Origin: Candidatus Omnitrophota bacterium
GTDB taxonomy: Bacteria > Omnitrophota > Gorgyraeia > Zapsychrales > Fredricksoniimonadaceae
Assembly: GCA_903908245.1 (NCBI GenBank)
Contig: CAIVRE010000030.1
Location: 11,857-75,856, forward strand
DNA: 64,000 nucleotides
Reading direction: 5' to 3'
Shown here: piece after piece, positions 27,504-37,187 of the stretch
Position numbering within the stretch: the first letter of the stretch is position 1
Layout of the letters: each line of letters starts with the position of its first letter
Position numbers and translations under genes: made by a program
The notes under the pieces: generated by a model
The model's input: only the letters and a program-made list of their open reading frames with translations
What the model was told of the DNA's origin: nothing
Databases searched by the model: none

Positions 27504-28283
27504 TCAGATCTTCTTTAAAATACCGGGTTCGAATTTAATGAATATCGCCAGACCCAGGGACAAACTGGCCATCGCGAATAACACGACCTGAATGAATACC
27601 GCCGGCCCCGGCAGCACCCCTTCGAAAATGATCTTTTGATAGAAAGCGATATACGGCGTCAGCGGATTGACGTTGTATATCCAATGGAACTGCGCGGGGA
27701 CCATTGCCATCGAATAAAAAACAGGGGTGACCCAGAACCAGAACATCAGTACCACGCTTAAAAGATGCTCAATATCCCGAAAAATAATATTGAGAACAGA
27801 TAACGCCAGGCAGAGACCCGCCGTTAAACAAAGAAGCAGGACAAAGATCAGCGGGAGCAGCCAGGCCAGAATAATGATCTTTGGATTAAAGAACAGGAAG
27901 ATCGGGTACATCACGACCCAACCGATAAGAAAATTAAGGAAATTCGCGATGACCGATGCCAGCGGAAAGATCACAACAGGGACATTGTATTGCCGCATAA
28001 TGCCCTGTCGATTCAATATGGAAGCGGGCGCCTCGGACAATGCGTTCGAAAAGAACATCCACGGGATAATGCCTGACAGGACAAAGAACGGATAATTGGC
28101 AATGCCGGCCTTAAAGACCTGGGTAAAAACAAAAGCGATCGCGGACATGATCAAAAGAGGATTGATGACCGCCCAGAAGATCCCCAAAAGAGAGCCGGCA
28201 TACCGGCTCCTCAATTGCGCGATCGACAGGCTCCACAACGCATGTCGAAAATAAAAAATGTTTTTAACCAAACCTTTATCCAT
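27504..28283 (-). CDS. wzm: ABC-2-type polysaccharide-export permease (Wzm/KpsM/TagG-like)
   Basis: 259-aa polytopic membrane protein with the ABC-2 pattern (FWAVINPLLIMSAIAFVF...). Confidence 0.8.
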   Translation of the reverse strand: MDKGLVKNIFYFRHALWSLSIAQLRSRYAGSLLGIFWAVINPLLIMSAIAFVFTQVFKAGIANYPFFVLSGIIPWMFFSNALSEAPASILNRQGIMRQYNVPVVIFPLASVIANFLNFLIGWVVMYPIFLFFNPKIIILAWLLPLIFVLLLCLTAGLCLALSVLNIIFRDIEHLLSVVLMFWFWVTPVFYSMAMVPAQFHWIYNVNPLTPYIAFYQKIIFEGVLPGPAVFIQVVLFAMASLSLGLAIFIKFEPGILKKI

Positions 28284-29577
28284 GGGCCAACCGCTCCCCG
28301 GTCTTTATCCCGTCGAGGATCGCATCTTCCATCGACATATAACGCCAGCTCCCGTAGCGCCCGCAAGTCAGGACCCGATGCGCCTGGAGGAACTTGAGGA
28401 TCTCCCCCCGCGCCGCCGCATAACCCTTGTCATACACAGGATAAGCGTACTCAATATCATTGATGTCGCGAACAAGCACCGCATCGCCCGCTGACAGCAA
28501 TCCGACTTTCTCCAGGTCCTGTTCAATGCGCGCAACGATCCCGGCCTTATCCAGCGGTTTCTGCCTGGAATACGAAACCTCCGCGTACAAAGAGCTTTTC
28601 CCCGCCGGAACAAGATCGGACGAGAAATTATGATAAAACCCCACCCGAAAAAAGCTGATATCTTTCTGTGGAAAATAGGCCCAATGTTTCTTGCTCGGAC
28701 AGGCCTGCCGCAACCCGAGGTTCAAATTGAACAGGGAGTTCCAGCGCAAACGGCCGAACGCGGCCTTGATCCCCCTGGGCAGGCCGCTGATCATGCCGGA
28801 CAATTCCGGCAGGGGGATCGTCGAGACCAAATGAGCGTAATCCTGCTTCACGCCATTGGAAAACTCGACCCGCTGCTTCTTCAGGTCGATCGTCCGGACC
28901 TTAAACCCCGTATGGATATTATCCAGGCCCGCCTTTAACGCCCGGGGAAGCGCTTCGATCCCGCCTTTGCGGGGATACCAGAAATGCGCGTTATAACCCA
29001 AAGGCTCCTGCCGGCCCGGACCGCCGGACACCTGGCGCAGCGTGGGTTGAGGCACAAACCCTTCCGTCCAGGCGCACGTCATCATCCTTGGAGAGACCGT
29101 CCAGAACTTCGTGTTATACGGGACCATAAAATGCTTCGCGATCCCGTCCCCAAACGTCCCCTTGATCCAGCGCGCAAGGTCCGCACCCGCCTTTACACGC
29201 GAACCCCGGCGCGCCTTGATAAAACCGTCAAGGCACTCTTTCCGGACATTGTCCGGCAACGCCGAAAGATTGGCCTGAAAAGGATACCCGATGAACCGCT
29301 CATGCGAATAGACCCAAGCGCTTCTCTGATGCCCCGCCAGGCCTTCTTTCAGCAATCCATTGACCAGGCCCAAAGACCCTTTATGCCTGAAATGGAGCAA
29401 ATGTCCGTCGATATCAAACGTGAACCCTTTGGCCTTCCTTGACCGGCACAACCCCCCGACCTCAGGTTCTTTTTCATAAACATGGCACGCCTGCCCCTGC
29501 CCCTGCCCCTGCAGATGCCTGGCCGCGCTCAGGCCCGCCAGCCCCGCGCCAAGGATAACATACCCCTTATCTGTCAT
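28276..29577 (-). CDS. FAD/NAD(P)-binding oxidoreductase, UDP-galactopyranose-mutase-like
   Basis: N-terminal Rossmann GxGxxG (VILGAGLAGLSAA), EKEPEVGG; resemblance to Glf/amine-oxidase folds. Precise function uncertain. Confidence 0.5.
   Translation of the reverse strand: MTDKGYVILGAGLAGLSAARHLQGQGQGQACHVYEKEPEVGGLCRSRKAKGFTFDIDGHLLHFRHKGSLGLVNGLLKEGLAGHQRSAWVYSHERFIGYPFQANLSALPDNVRKECLDGFIKARRGSRVKAGADLARWIKGTFGDGIAKHFMVPYNTKFWTVSPRMMTCAWTEGFVPQPTLRQVSGGPGRQEPLGYNAHFWYPRKGGIEALPRALKAGLDNIHTGFKVRTIDLKKQRVEFSNGVKQDYAHLVSTIPLPELSGMISGLPRGIKAAFGRLRWNSLFNLNLGLRQACPSKKHWAYFPQKDISFFRVGFYHNFSSDLVPAGKSSLYAEVSYSRQKPLDKAGIVARIEQDLEKVGLLSAGDAVLVRDINDIEYAYPVYDKGYAAARGEILKFLQAHRVLTCGRYGSWRYMSMEDAILDGIKTGERLAHG
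29491..29512. repeat. hexanucleotide microsatellite (ctgccc)x3.5 encoding GQGQGQ in the oxidoreductase
   Basis: Seen directly: ctgcccctgcccctgcccctgc. Confidence 0.7.
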
Positions 29578-30553
29578 TGCGCTCCGCCTTCATCAGCACC
29601 CTGAAGAAAATATAACTTGTCAGCAAGACCGCCAATATCAACAGCCCGCCCGCCCAGTCATCGCATTGGCTAAGAATGATCCCGCAAACCGCGGCGAACA
29701 ACGACAAGCCCAGCAGGACCAACAACGCGCTTTTGCGCGTCAGGCCCAGCGCGACCAGCCGAAGCGCCATATGATCATCACTTTTATTGAACGGAAGAAT
29801 GCGCTTGCTGCAACGAAAATAAATAAGGACGGCTGTTTCCAGAAGAGGGACCCAGAACAGAAGGATCGGGCTCAATAACGCGACCGGCTCACCCCTTCTG
29901 GCATAACTGACCATTAACGCCAATGCCGCCAGGACAAACCCCAGGAAATGGCTCCCGGCATTGCCCAGATAGATCCTTGCCGGAGGAAAATTAAAGAACC
30001 CAAAACCCGTGATCACCGCGAAAAGGCCCAGCGCCAATATCCGGGCATTCACATCGGGATAAAAGAACGTAAGGGCGAATATGGCCCCTGTCACCGTCAA
30101 GGCCACGCCGGCGCTTAACCCGTCGATGACGTCGAGCAGGTTAAAGGCATTGGTGATCCCGATGATCCACAAGAACGTGACCAGGGCATTACCCCAGTCA
30201 TTAAGATAGATCATATGCGTCCTGACATCGATCAGGATCAGCACGACCGCACATACAGACTGCAGCAGGAGCTTCTGGACAACCGACGCCTCTTTCAGGT
30301 CGTCCATCACCCCGAACGCCAGCATCGCCAGGGATATGCCCAGGACACTCATGATCCTGCCGGGATCAATGCCGAAACCAATAACCCCTAGGACAGAGGA
30401 AACCACCAGAGCGCCGCCTATCCCGATCCCGCCGACAAGCGCGATCTCGCCGGATACCAGGACACGGGTCCTGAACGCCAGGCGGCGCAACACCACCATC
30501 AATAACAGGCTGCAAACCAGTGCCGACGAAGCGACCAGGTAATATTTAAACAT
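29567..30553 (-). CDS. polyprenyl-phosphate N-acetylhexosamine-1-phosphate transferase (WecA/WbpL/MraY family, GT4 membrane)
   Basis: Polytopic membrane protein with VMDDLKE and NAFNLLDVIDGLSAG motifs. Confidence 0.8.
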   Translation of the reverse strand: MFKYYLVASSALVCSLLLMVVLRRLAFRTRVLVSGEIALVGGIGIGGALVVSSVLGVIGFGIDPGRIMSVLGISLAMLAFGVMDDLKEASVVQKLLLQSVCAVVLILIDVRTHMIYLNDWGNALVTFLWIIGITNAFNLLDVIDGLSAGVALTVTGAIFALTFFYPDVNARILALGLFAVITGFGFFNFPPARIYLGNAGSHFLGFVLAALALMVSYARRGEPVALLSPILLFWVPLLETAVLIYFRCSKRILPFNKSDDHMALRLVALGLTRKSALLVLLGLSLFAAVCGIILSQCDDWAGGLLILAVLLTSYIFFRVLMKAERNDR

Positions 30554-31709
30554 TCACCGCCCGCATGTTCGAATAAAGCGCCTCGATCTTCCGGACCGCA
30601 TGACCGGAAGTGAACTCGCTGCCCGCAATAAATTCGGCAGCTCTTCGGGATACCGTCATCCTCAGCTCAGGGTTTCCCAATAATTCCAGGACCCTGTCCC
30701 GCATACCCCGGATATCTCCTGTCGGGACCAGGTATCCGGTATCCCCCTGCACAATAACATCCCGAATGCCTCCCGTATCAGTCGCGACCACCGCAACACC
30801 GGCCGCCATGGACTCCAGGACAGCGACCGGAAGGCCTTCCCATAACGATGTCAGGACGAACACATCCAGGGCGGAAAGGACGGACCCGACATCCCGCCGC
30901 CAGCCCGTCAATACAATATCCTTCTCCAACCCGGCCTCACGAACAAGCGCGGTGATCGCGCCGCGCAGGATCCCGTCACCAGCCAGCACAAACTTTACGC
31001 CTGGCAATGCCGTCTTAAGTTCAGCCGCCAGCCTGATAAAATCCAGCGGCGCTTTCTGAGGCTTGAAACAGGCGACCATCCCGACCACAAGGTCCAGCTC
31101 ACCGAACCCGAACTCCCTGCGCGCCCGTCCGCGCTGATCTTCACGCTTAAAGTCTTCCCTGTTGATGCCGCAACGAATGACGCAATAGCCCTCAAGAGGA
31201 ACGATCCCGTTCTCCCGCCCCCGCTGTTCATCCCGCGCCGAAACCACGATCAATCGATGGGTAAATCCGGCACAAAACTTTTCCAGGAACAGGAACGATC
31301 GATAAATCCATCCCGATTGATGCTCATGAAAACTCCAGCCATGAACGGTATGAATGATCCGCCTGACCCCGGCCGCCCCGGCCGCCAGCCTGCCCAGCAC
31401 CCCGGCTTTTGAACTGTGCGTATGGACCAGGCCTATCTTATTTTTTTTTATAAAGAAATACAAAGAAATAAACGTAAAAAGATCCCTGAACGGATCGATA
31501 CGGCGCTCCAGGAAAGGCGAACGGAAAACACTCAAACCCGCGATGGCCAAAGCCTCGTCGACCAGGAACCCGTCCCGCGCGGTAAAAAGAAAAACATTGA
31601 ACTTGCGGCGGTCAATGCCCCGGATCAGGCTTAATAAATGCGTTTGAGCTCCACCCAGCTCAAGCTTGGTGATAACATACAGCAAATTGATCTTGGTCTC
31701 TGTCACCAT
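30546..31709 (-). CDS. GT4 (group 1) glycosyltransferase
   Basis: LLYVITKLELGGAQTHLLSL...; C-terminal EGLPVAVLESMAAGVAVVATDTGG motif. Confidence 0.8.
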   Translation of the reverse strand: MVTETKINLLYVITKLELGGAQTHLLSLIRGIDRRKFNVFLFTARDGFLVDEALAIAGLSVFRSPFLERRIDPFRDLFTFISLYFFIKKNKIGLVHTHSSKAGVLGRLAAGAAGVRRIIHTVHGWSFHEHQSGWIYRSFLFLEKFCAGFTHRLIVVSARDEQRGRENGIVPLEGYCVIRCGINREDFKREDQRGRARREFGFGELDLVVGMVACFKPQKAPLDFIRLAAELKTALPGVKFVLAGDGILRGAITALVREAGLEKDIVLTGWRRDVGSVLSALDVFVLTSLWEGLPVAVLESMAAGVAVVATDTGGIRDVIVQGDTGYLVPTGDIRGMRDRVLELLGNPELRMTVSRRAAEFIAGSEFTSGHAVRKIEALYSNMRAVNV

Positions 31710-31756
31710 GACTGTCCGGCCTTGAAAATAAGCATATCTGATATAATACTTTAATT

Positions 31757-32923
31757 ATGTTTATATTATTACTATTTTTTATAACTCTCCGGCCGTTCAT
31801 CTGTTCTTTTGCCTTTCTTGAACCCGAGATCATTTATGCGACACTGCTGTCCCTCTTTCTTCTTTCCTGGATATTTATAAAGAAGATCGAGCTGGCGACC
31901 TCCCCCAGGATGACCATCGCCCTTTCCCTGTTCCTGCTTGCCCTGGCCGTATCCCTGATATTCTCCAAAAACCAGATGTTCGCGGCCATCCACACCTGTC
32001 AGTTCATTAACGGCCTCCTGCTTTTCCTTGTTTGCCGATCCCTGCCCCGTGAAAAGATCCCTGCGGTCCTGCTGTCAATGCTGATAACCGCCCTGTTCAT
32101 TTGCGCCCTGGCATTATATCAATCCTTCGGAAAGGCACCCGAAGCCCTCACATCAAAAAATATCATCGACCAGATAGGCATCACTTATATCGAACAACAC
32201 CGGGCCTACGCTCCTTTTATCACACCCAACGCGCTGGGGGGCTACCTCATCCTCATCATCCCCCTTGCCTTCACCCTCAAAAACCGGGCCTGGCTGGCGG
32301 CCCCCCTGATCCTTACCCTCCTCCTGACCAAATCCCTGGGAGCGATCATCAGTTTCACCGCAGCCACAACACTATATTTTTATTTTCAAGGCAACTTAAA
32401 GAAAAAACGCATGAGGACTATCCTGCTCGGGCTTATCGCCGGCGCTCTCATCATCTTCCTGATCAGGGCACAGGCGAACCAGCACATATTCCAGCCATCA
32501 TTCTCTGTTCAAATGCGCCTGGAATACTGGCGGCTAACCTGGAAACTCATCAGCGCATATCCTTTAACAGGAACAGGCCCGGGCTGTTTCGACCTGCCCG
32601 ATGCGCGCTACACCCACAATTCTTACCTGCAGCTCTGGGCAGAAACAGGGATAATAGGCATAACATCTTTCCTTTACCTGCTGTTTACCCTGTTCAAATC
32701 GGGACGGGGCATCTTAAAAGAAGGGCTTGATAAAAACCTGGCCGCCGGATTAATATGGGCCTCCGTCGGCTTCTTTATCCACAACTTTTTTGATTTTACG
32801 TTCTTTCTGCCGGAAGTTTCGTTTATGTGTTGCGTTGTCCTGGGGTTGCTCTTGAACCGCTCGCCCCTCTCCGGCGCAGCGCTGATAAAAGATAATGGCA
32901 CCGGGCAAGAAAGATCCCGATAA
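31757..32923 (+). CDS. O-antigen ligase/polymerase-like membrane protein (Wzy_C domain)
   Basis: ~10 predicted TM helices; HNSYLQLWAETGIIG-type motif. Only plus-strand gene; AT-rich divergent promoter region 31710-31756 shared with the GT4 gene. Confidence 0.7.
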   Translation: MFILLLFFITLRPFICSFAFLEPEIIYATLLSLFLLSWIFIKKIELATSPRMTIALSLFLLALAVSLIFSKNQMFAAIHTCQFINGLLLFLVCRSLPREKIPAVLLSMLITALFICALALYQSFGKAPEALTSKNIIDQIGITYIEQHRAYAPFITPNALGGYLILIIPLAFTLKNRAWLAAPLILTLLLTKSLGAIISFTAATTLYFYFQGNLKKKRMRTILLGLIAGALIIFLIRAQANQHIFQPSFSVQMRLEYWRLTWKLISAYPLTGTGPGCFDLPDARYTHNSYLQLWAETGIIGITSFLYLLFTLFKSGRGILKEGLDKNLAAGLIWASVGFFIHNFFDFTFFLPEVSFMCCVVLGLLLNRSPLSGAALIKDNGTGQERSR

Positions 32924-33806
32924 CACGCGGCCGGAACACAACCACATAGCCCCATGCGCACAGGTCATGGACGAGCATCGGGACAAAATGCAACACGAAC
33001 CCGAAAAACGTTTCGTTCTTGATGATCGCAAGATAACGGTTCTTGATCAGGTCGGCATGAAGGTCATCGCTTAAATACTGCCGCGCGAAAGACCTAGCCG
33101 ATCCGGGATCCACACGCACCGATCCTCCCCGCGCATGATACGCCAGCGCCGAAGGGATATAATACGCCCTCCACCCATTCCTGTTGGCCCGCCAGGCAAG
33201 ATCTAAATCTTCATTGAATATCCGGAAATCAGGATCGAACCACCCCGCGGCTTCCTTGACCTGATCTAGCATCTTTTTACGATAAAAAGCCACGGCCCCG
33301 CCGACACCGAAAACAACCTCTTCCTGCCCGAACTGCCCGTGATCCGGCCTGCCGTAACCTCGTTCCATGGCAGTCCTCCAGACACTCAGGAACAAGCCCG
33401 TACTGTCCACGGTCTTTTTATCCTGCCGCAGGACCTTGCCGCTCACCATCCCGATATCCCCGCTGAACAGGAACCCCCCGAGCGCTTCCCCGATAAAATG
33501 ATCGTCGAGGACCACATCATCGTTCAAACACAAGACAAACTCCCCCCGGCTCATGGCAATGCCCTGATTCATGGACCCGCAATAAAAAAGATTCGTGGAA
33601 GAAGCGTGCACCCTCAGGGACGGGCATAATTCCTGCGCCCTGCGGCTTACGGCAGGGTCAAAAGAATTATCGATCAGAATAATATCAAGAAAAGGATGTG
33701 TTTGCCTGTTAACCGACTGAAGGCAGGAAATAAAATAATCATTCTTCCCGCAGGTGACAACAACAACTGAAACCAGCTTGTCCATATTAAAACCTTGTGC
33801 CGACAC
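32823..33806 (-). CDS. family 2 glycosyltransferase
   Basis: LVSVVVVTCGKNDYFISCLQSV...ILIDNSF...LNDDV; its 3' end overlaps the convergent Wzy-like gene by ~100 nt. Confidence 0.8.
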   Translation of the reverse strand: MSAQGFNMDKLVSVVVVTCGKNDYFISCLQSVNRQTHPFLDIILIDNSFDPAVSRRAQELCPSLRVHASSTNLFYCGSMNQGIAMSRGEFVLCLNDDVVLDDHFIGEALGGFLFSGDIGMVSGKVLRQDKKTVDSTGLFLSVWRTAMERGYGRPDHGQFGQEEVVFGVGGAVAFYRKKMLDQVKEAAGWFDPDFRIFNEDLDLAWRANRNGWRAYYIPSALAYHARGGSVRVDPGSARSFARQYLSDDLHADLIKNRYLAIIKNETFFGFVLHFVPMLVHDLCAWGYVVVFRPRVIGIFLARCHYLLSALRRRGASGSRATPGQRNT

Positions 33807-34880
33807 CTAACCCTTGGCCCATCGGGGGCGGTTATGGTCGTAGATCTCTTTAAGAATATCGTCGGAATTCCTGGTCAATGCCCAACCCGGATAATGCGCC
33901 ATGAACCTGGACACATCGCTGATCCACCAGATATCGTCCCCGCTCCGGTTGGCTTCCACATAAGAGACCTTCATCTTCCTGCCCGTGATCTTTTCACACA
34001 TGCCGATCGATTCCAGGAGGGAGCAATTACTGAAACGGCTGCCTCCCATGTTGTAAACTTCTCCGCACTTCGGGTCCTGATAGAAATGATAGAACGCGTT
34101 CACGAGATCGTAACTATGGATATTATCCCTGACCTGCTTCCCCTTATAACCAAAGATCTGGTATTCCCGGCCGATCACGGCGCATTTCATCAAATAGGCC
34201 AGATACCCGTGCGGCTCAACCCCGCTGTGACGGGGGCCGGATAAACAGCCTCCCCGGAAAACGCCGGTCTTCATGCCGAAATAACGGCCATACTCCTGCG
34301 TGAGAAGGTCGGCCGCCGCCTTGGAAACGCCGAACAGCGAATGCTTGCACTGGTCGAGCGACATACTCTCGTCGATACCCCTGGCAAAATAAGGATGCGC
34401 CGGATCCAGCTCCCAACGGGTGTCCAGCTCGACAAGCGGCAGGCGGTTACAGTTATCCCCGTAAACCTTGTTGGTCGACATAAAAATGAATACCGTATCC
34501 GGACAATGCTTGCGCGCAGCCTCCAGCAGATTCAGCGTCCCGACCGCGTTGACGCCAAAGTCCGTGAACGGCTCCTTCGCGGCCCAGTCATGGCTGGGCT
34601 GCGCGGCATTATGGATGATCACCGCGATATCCCGGCCGTATTCTTCAAAGATACGCGTCAACGCCGCCATATCACGGATATCAATATCATGGTTAATGAA
34701 GCCATCCCCGCATTCCTGCCTAAGCTCGTCAAGATTCCAGCCGGTAGCCCCCTCCGTACCGAAGAAATATTGACGCAGGTCATTATCGATCCCGACGACC
34801 CGGAACCCCCGGGCATGAAAGAACCGGACCGATTCGGAACCGACAAGCCCGGCAGACCCTGTGATCAACGCGATCTTCAT
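33807..34880 (-). CDS. NAD-dependent epimerase/dehydratase (SDR), CDP-paratose/tyvelose 2-epimerase-like
   Basis: [36 protein letters not shown]. Confidence 0.8.
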   Translation of the reverse strand: MKIALITGSAGLVGSESVRFFHARGFRVVGIDNDLRQYFFGTEGATGWNLDELRQECGDGFINHDIDIRDMAALTRIFEEYGRDIAVIIHNAAQPSHDWAAKEPFTDFGVNAVGTLNLLEAARKHCPDTVFIFMSTNKVYGDNCNRLPLVELDTRWELDPAHPYFARGIDESMSLDQCKHSLFGVSKAAADLLTQEYGRYFGMKTGVFRGGCLSGPRHSGVEPHGYLAYLMKCAVIGREYQIFGYKGKQVRDNIHSYDLVNAFYHFYQDPKCGEVYNMGGSRFSNCSLLESIGMCEKITGRKMKVSYVEANRSGDDIWWISDVSRFMAHYPGWALTRNSDDILKEIYDHNRPRWAKG

Positions 34881-34905
34881 TATTATCTCCGATACGAACT
34901 GACGC

Positions 34906-35976
34906 TCAAACCATTATATCCTTGAGATCATCCGCATGACCCCTGATCCATTGAAAAGTATCCTGCAAAATATCCTGTGCCGAACGCGAAGGCTTCCAGT
35001 CAAAAGCCTCTGCGGTCCGGCCATTATCGGTCACATACCAGATCAGGTCGCCAGGCCGCGTTGGCGCCACGCTCCCGATCTCCAGGCGATGCCCGGTCAG
35101 TTGCGCGCAGATCGCGGTTGTTTCCTTAAGCGACAGCGTCACCCCGGCCGAACCGCCGACATTGAATACCTCCCCGCGGAACACAGGATCATCATCGACC
35201 AGGCATTGAACCTGACGGGCCACAAGGCTCGACAGATCATCCACATGTAAAAGGTCCCGCACCTGTTTTCCCAGGCCGCCGAATCCGGTATAGTTCAGCG
35301 GCCTTTTGAAAAAATGGCTCGCCAGCCAGAACGTAAAGACCCCTTGGTCGATCTTGCCCAACTGCCACGGGCCGGCAACAACCCCGCACCGGTTAATGAT
35401 CGACGGCAACTCATACCGGGCGCCATACTCCCTCAGGATCAATTCCGCGGACAATTTGCTCGCGCCATAGAGCGTGCGGACCCCGTCCAAAGGCATCTGC
35501 ACCTGAACGCCAACCGGTGTTATTCCCGAAGACGATTGCGCAAGATCAAATCTGGTTTCATTTTCGACATAACGGCAGGCATTGATACGGTCGTAAGGAT
35601 AAATGCGGGAACTGGAAAAGAAAATGACCGGGACTTTGCGCTCCCTGGCCCATTCAAAACAATTGATCGCGCCCAACAGATTGACATCCAGCAGATAGCG
35701 CGCATCCCCGGGACCGGAACCGGTCTGCGCGGATGACTCCGCGCTGCACTCGATCATCAGGGCAAAATCGCCGCCGAGACCTTTAAGGTTTTCAGGATCG
35801 CGGATATCCCCGTGGACCACTGTAACGCCATGCGCCAGGACCCTGGCACGCAGGAACTCCGAACCCCGCCGGCTCAGATTATCCAGCACCGTCACCGCAT
35901 AACCGCGGGAAACAAGGTCGACCGCCAGATTTGATCCTATGAAACCACACCCCCCTGTAATGAGTATCCGTTTCAT
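34906..35976 (-). CDS. NAD-dependent epimerase/dehydratase (SDR), paralog of the preceding gene
   Basis: [21 protein letters not shown]... Start set at MKRIL so the gene does not overlap dnaJ. Confidence 0.8.
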   Translation of the reverse strand: MKRILITGGCGFIGSNLAVDLVSRGYAVTVLDNLSRRGSEFLRARVLAHGVTVVHGDIRDPENLKGLGGDFALMIECSAESSAQTGSGPGDARYLLDVNLLGAINCFEWARERKVPVIFFSSSRIYPYDRINACRYVENETRFDLAQSSSGITPVGVQVQMPLDGVRTLYGASKLSAELILREYGARYELPSIINRCGVVAGPWQLGKIDQGVFTFWLASHFFKRPLNYTGFGGLGKQVRDLLHVDDLSSLVARQVQCLVDDDPVFRGEVFNVGGSAGVTLSLKETTAICAQLTGHRLEIGSVAPTRPGDLIWYVTDNGRTAEAFDWKPSRSAQDILQDTFQWIRGHADDLKDIMV

Positions 35977-35995
35977 AGCGGCTTGATCCGACCTG

Positions 35996-37132
35996 TTATT
36001 TAAAGACTTTTTTGATCTTGTCCTGCAAAGAATCCGCTGCGTCCGTACTTTCACCGCTGGCTTTGGCAAATTCTTCCAGCAGGCGGCGCTGTTCACTGGA
36101 CAGCCTTTTGGGGACATCGACCATCACACGGGCATAGATCTCGCCGGACACGCGCTCATCGCGCAGGTCAGGCATTCCCTTGCCCTTCACACGGAAAACT
36201 TTTCCGCTTTCAGTCCCCGCGGGGACTTTCATCGTGACCTGTCCGTCAACAGTGGGCACCACCACTTCCCCTCCCAGAGCCGCCTTCACGAAACTCACAG
36301 GAAGATCAAGCTCCAGGTCATTGCCCACACGGCGGAATTTCGCGTGCGGCTTGACACGGATGAACAGATACAGGTCGCCCGGCCCTCCGGGGCCGATCTC
36401 CCCCTCGCCGCGCAAACGCATCTGCGAATCATTATCCAACCCGCGCGGGAAATTCACCTCGATCTCGCGCACATGCTTGATCGCGCCGCGCCCGCTGCAC
36501 TTGGGGCAGGTCTCTTTAATGATACGCCCTTCCCCCTGACAGGACGGACAGGTCTGCGCCATGCGGAAGAACCCGCTGTTCATCATCACCTGGCCGCGCC
36601 CGCCGCATGCCTGGCAGTCAGAAAGAGCCGTGCCATTCTTCGAACCATTGCCCTGGCAATCCCGGCACACTTCATTGCGCGGGACCTTGATGGTTTTTTT
36701 AGCCCCGCTGTACACTTCTTCGAGCGTAAGCTCCGCTTCATACTGGATATCACGGCCGCGCGCCGCCCGGCGCTGCTGGCGCCGCCCGCCGCCTCCGCCA
36801 AAAGACCCTCCGAAAAACTGGCTAAGGATATCGTCCATACCGCTTTCCCCGAAAACACTGGAAAAATCCGCCCCGCGGAAAATATCATCCGAGGTATAGC
36901 TCTGATCAATACCCGCGTGGCCATGCTGGTCATAGGTCTGGCGCTTCTGCGCGTCCGAAAGGACGCCGTAAGCCTCCGAGATCTCCTTGAACTTCTCCTC
37001 CGCCTGCTTTTTCTCGGACTCCTCGACACGGTCCGGATGATGGCGCATCGCCAGCGCCCGGTATGCCTTCTTGATATCCGCGACAGCCGCGTCTTTCTTG
37101 ATCCCTAATATTTCGTAGTAATCTTTTTTCAT
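35996..37132 (-). CDS. dnaJ: chaperone DnaJ
   Basis: J-domain MKKDYYEILGI...HPDR, G/F region, four CxxCxGxG zinc-finger repeats. Confidence 0.95.
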   Translation of the reverse strand: MKKDYYEILGIKKDAAVADIKKAYRALAMRHHPDRVEESEKKQAEEKFKEISEAYGVLSDAQKRQTYDQHGHAGIDQSYTSDDIFRGADFSSVFGESGMDDILSQFFGGSFGGGGGRRQQRRAARGRDIQYEAELTLEEVYSGAKKTIKVPRNEVCRDCQGNGSKNGTALSDCQACGGRGQVMMNSGFFRMAQTCPSCQGEGRIIKETCPKCSGRGAIKHVREIEVNFPRGLDNDSQMRLRGEGEIGPGGPGDLYLFIRVKPHAKFRRVGNDLELDLPVSFVKAALGGEVVVPTVDGQVTMKVPAGTESGKVFRVKGKGMPDLRDERVSGEIYARVMVDVPKRLSSEQRRLLEEFAKASGESTDAADSLQDKIKKVFK

Positions 37133-37160
37133 ATATTAATTAACCGTTTCACCCCGGGAA

Positions 37161-37187
37161 CCTCCTTCACCCCCGGGGTGAAGGAGG
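37161..37187 (-). promoter_or_regulatory. near-perfect 27-nt GC-rich palindrome (12-bp stem) right after the dnaK stop codon
   Basis: cctccttcacccccggggtgaaggagg is almost its own reverse complement; lies between dnaK stop (37188) and dnaJ start (37132); no U-tract follows. Confidence 0.55.

Noticed and set aside
1-35976. Possibility that the radical SAM/B12-radical SAM cluster is a RiPP (proteusin/ranthipeptide-like) locus
   Set aside because: Intergenic gaps are mostly 0-55 nt, leaving no room for precursor peptide genes. The only small ORFs look like SxtJ/SxtK-type membrane mini-proteins. All neighbours are sugar-nucleotide or glycan enzymes. RiPP origin cannot be fully excluded without HMM searches.
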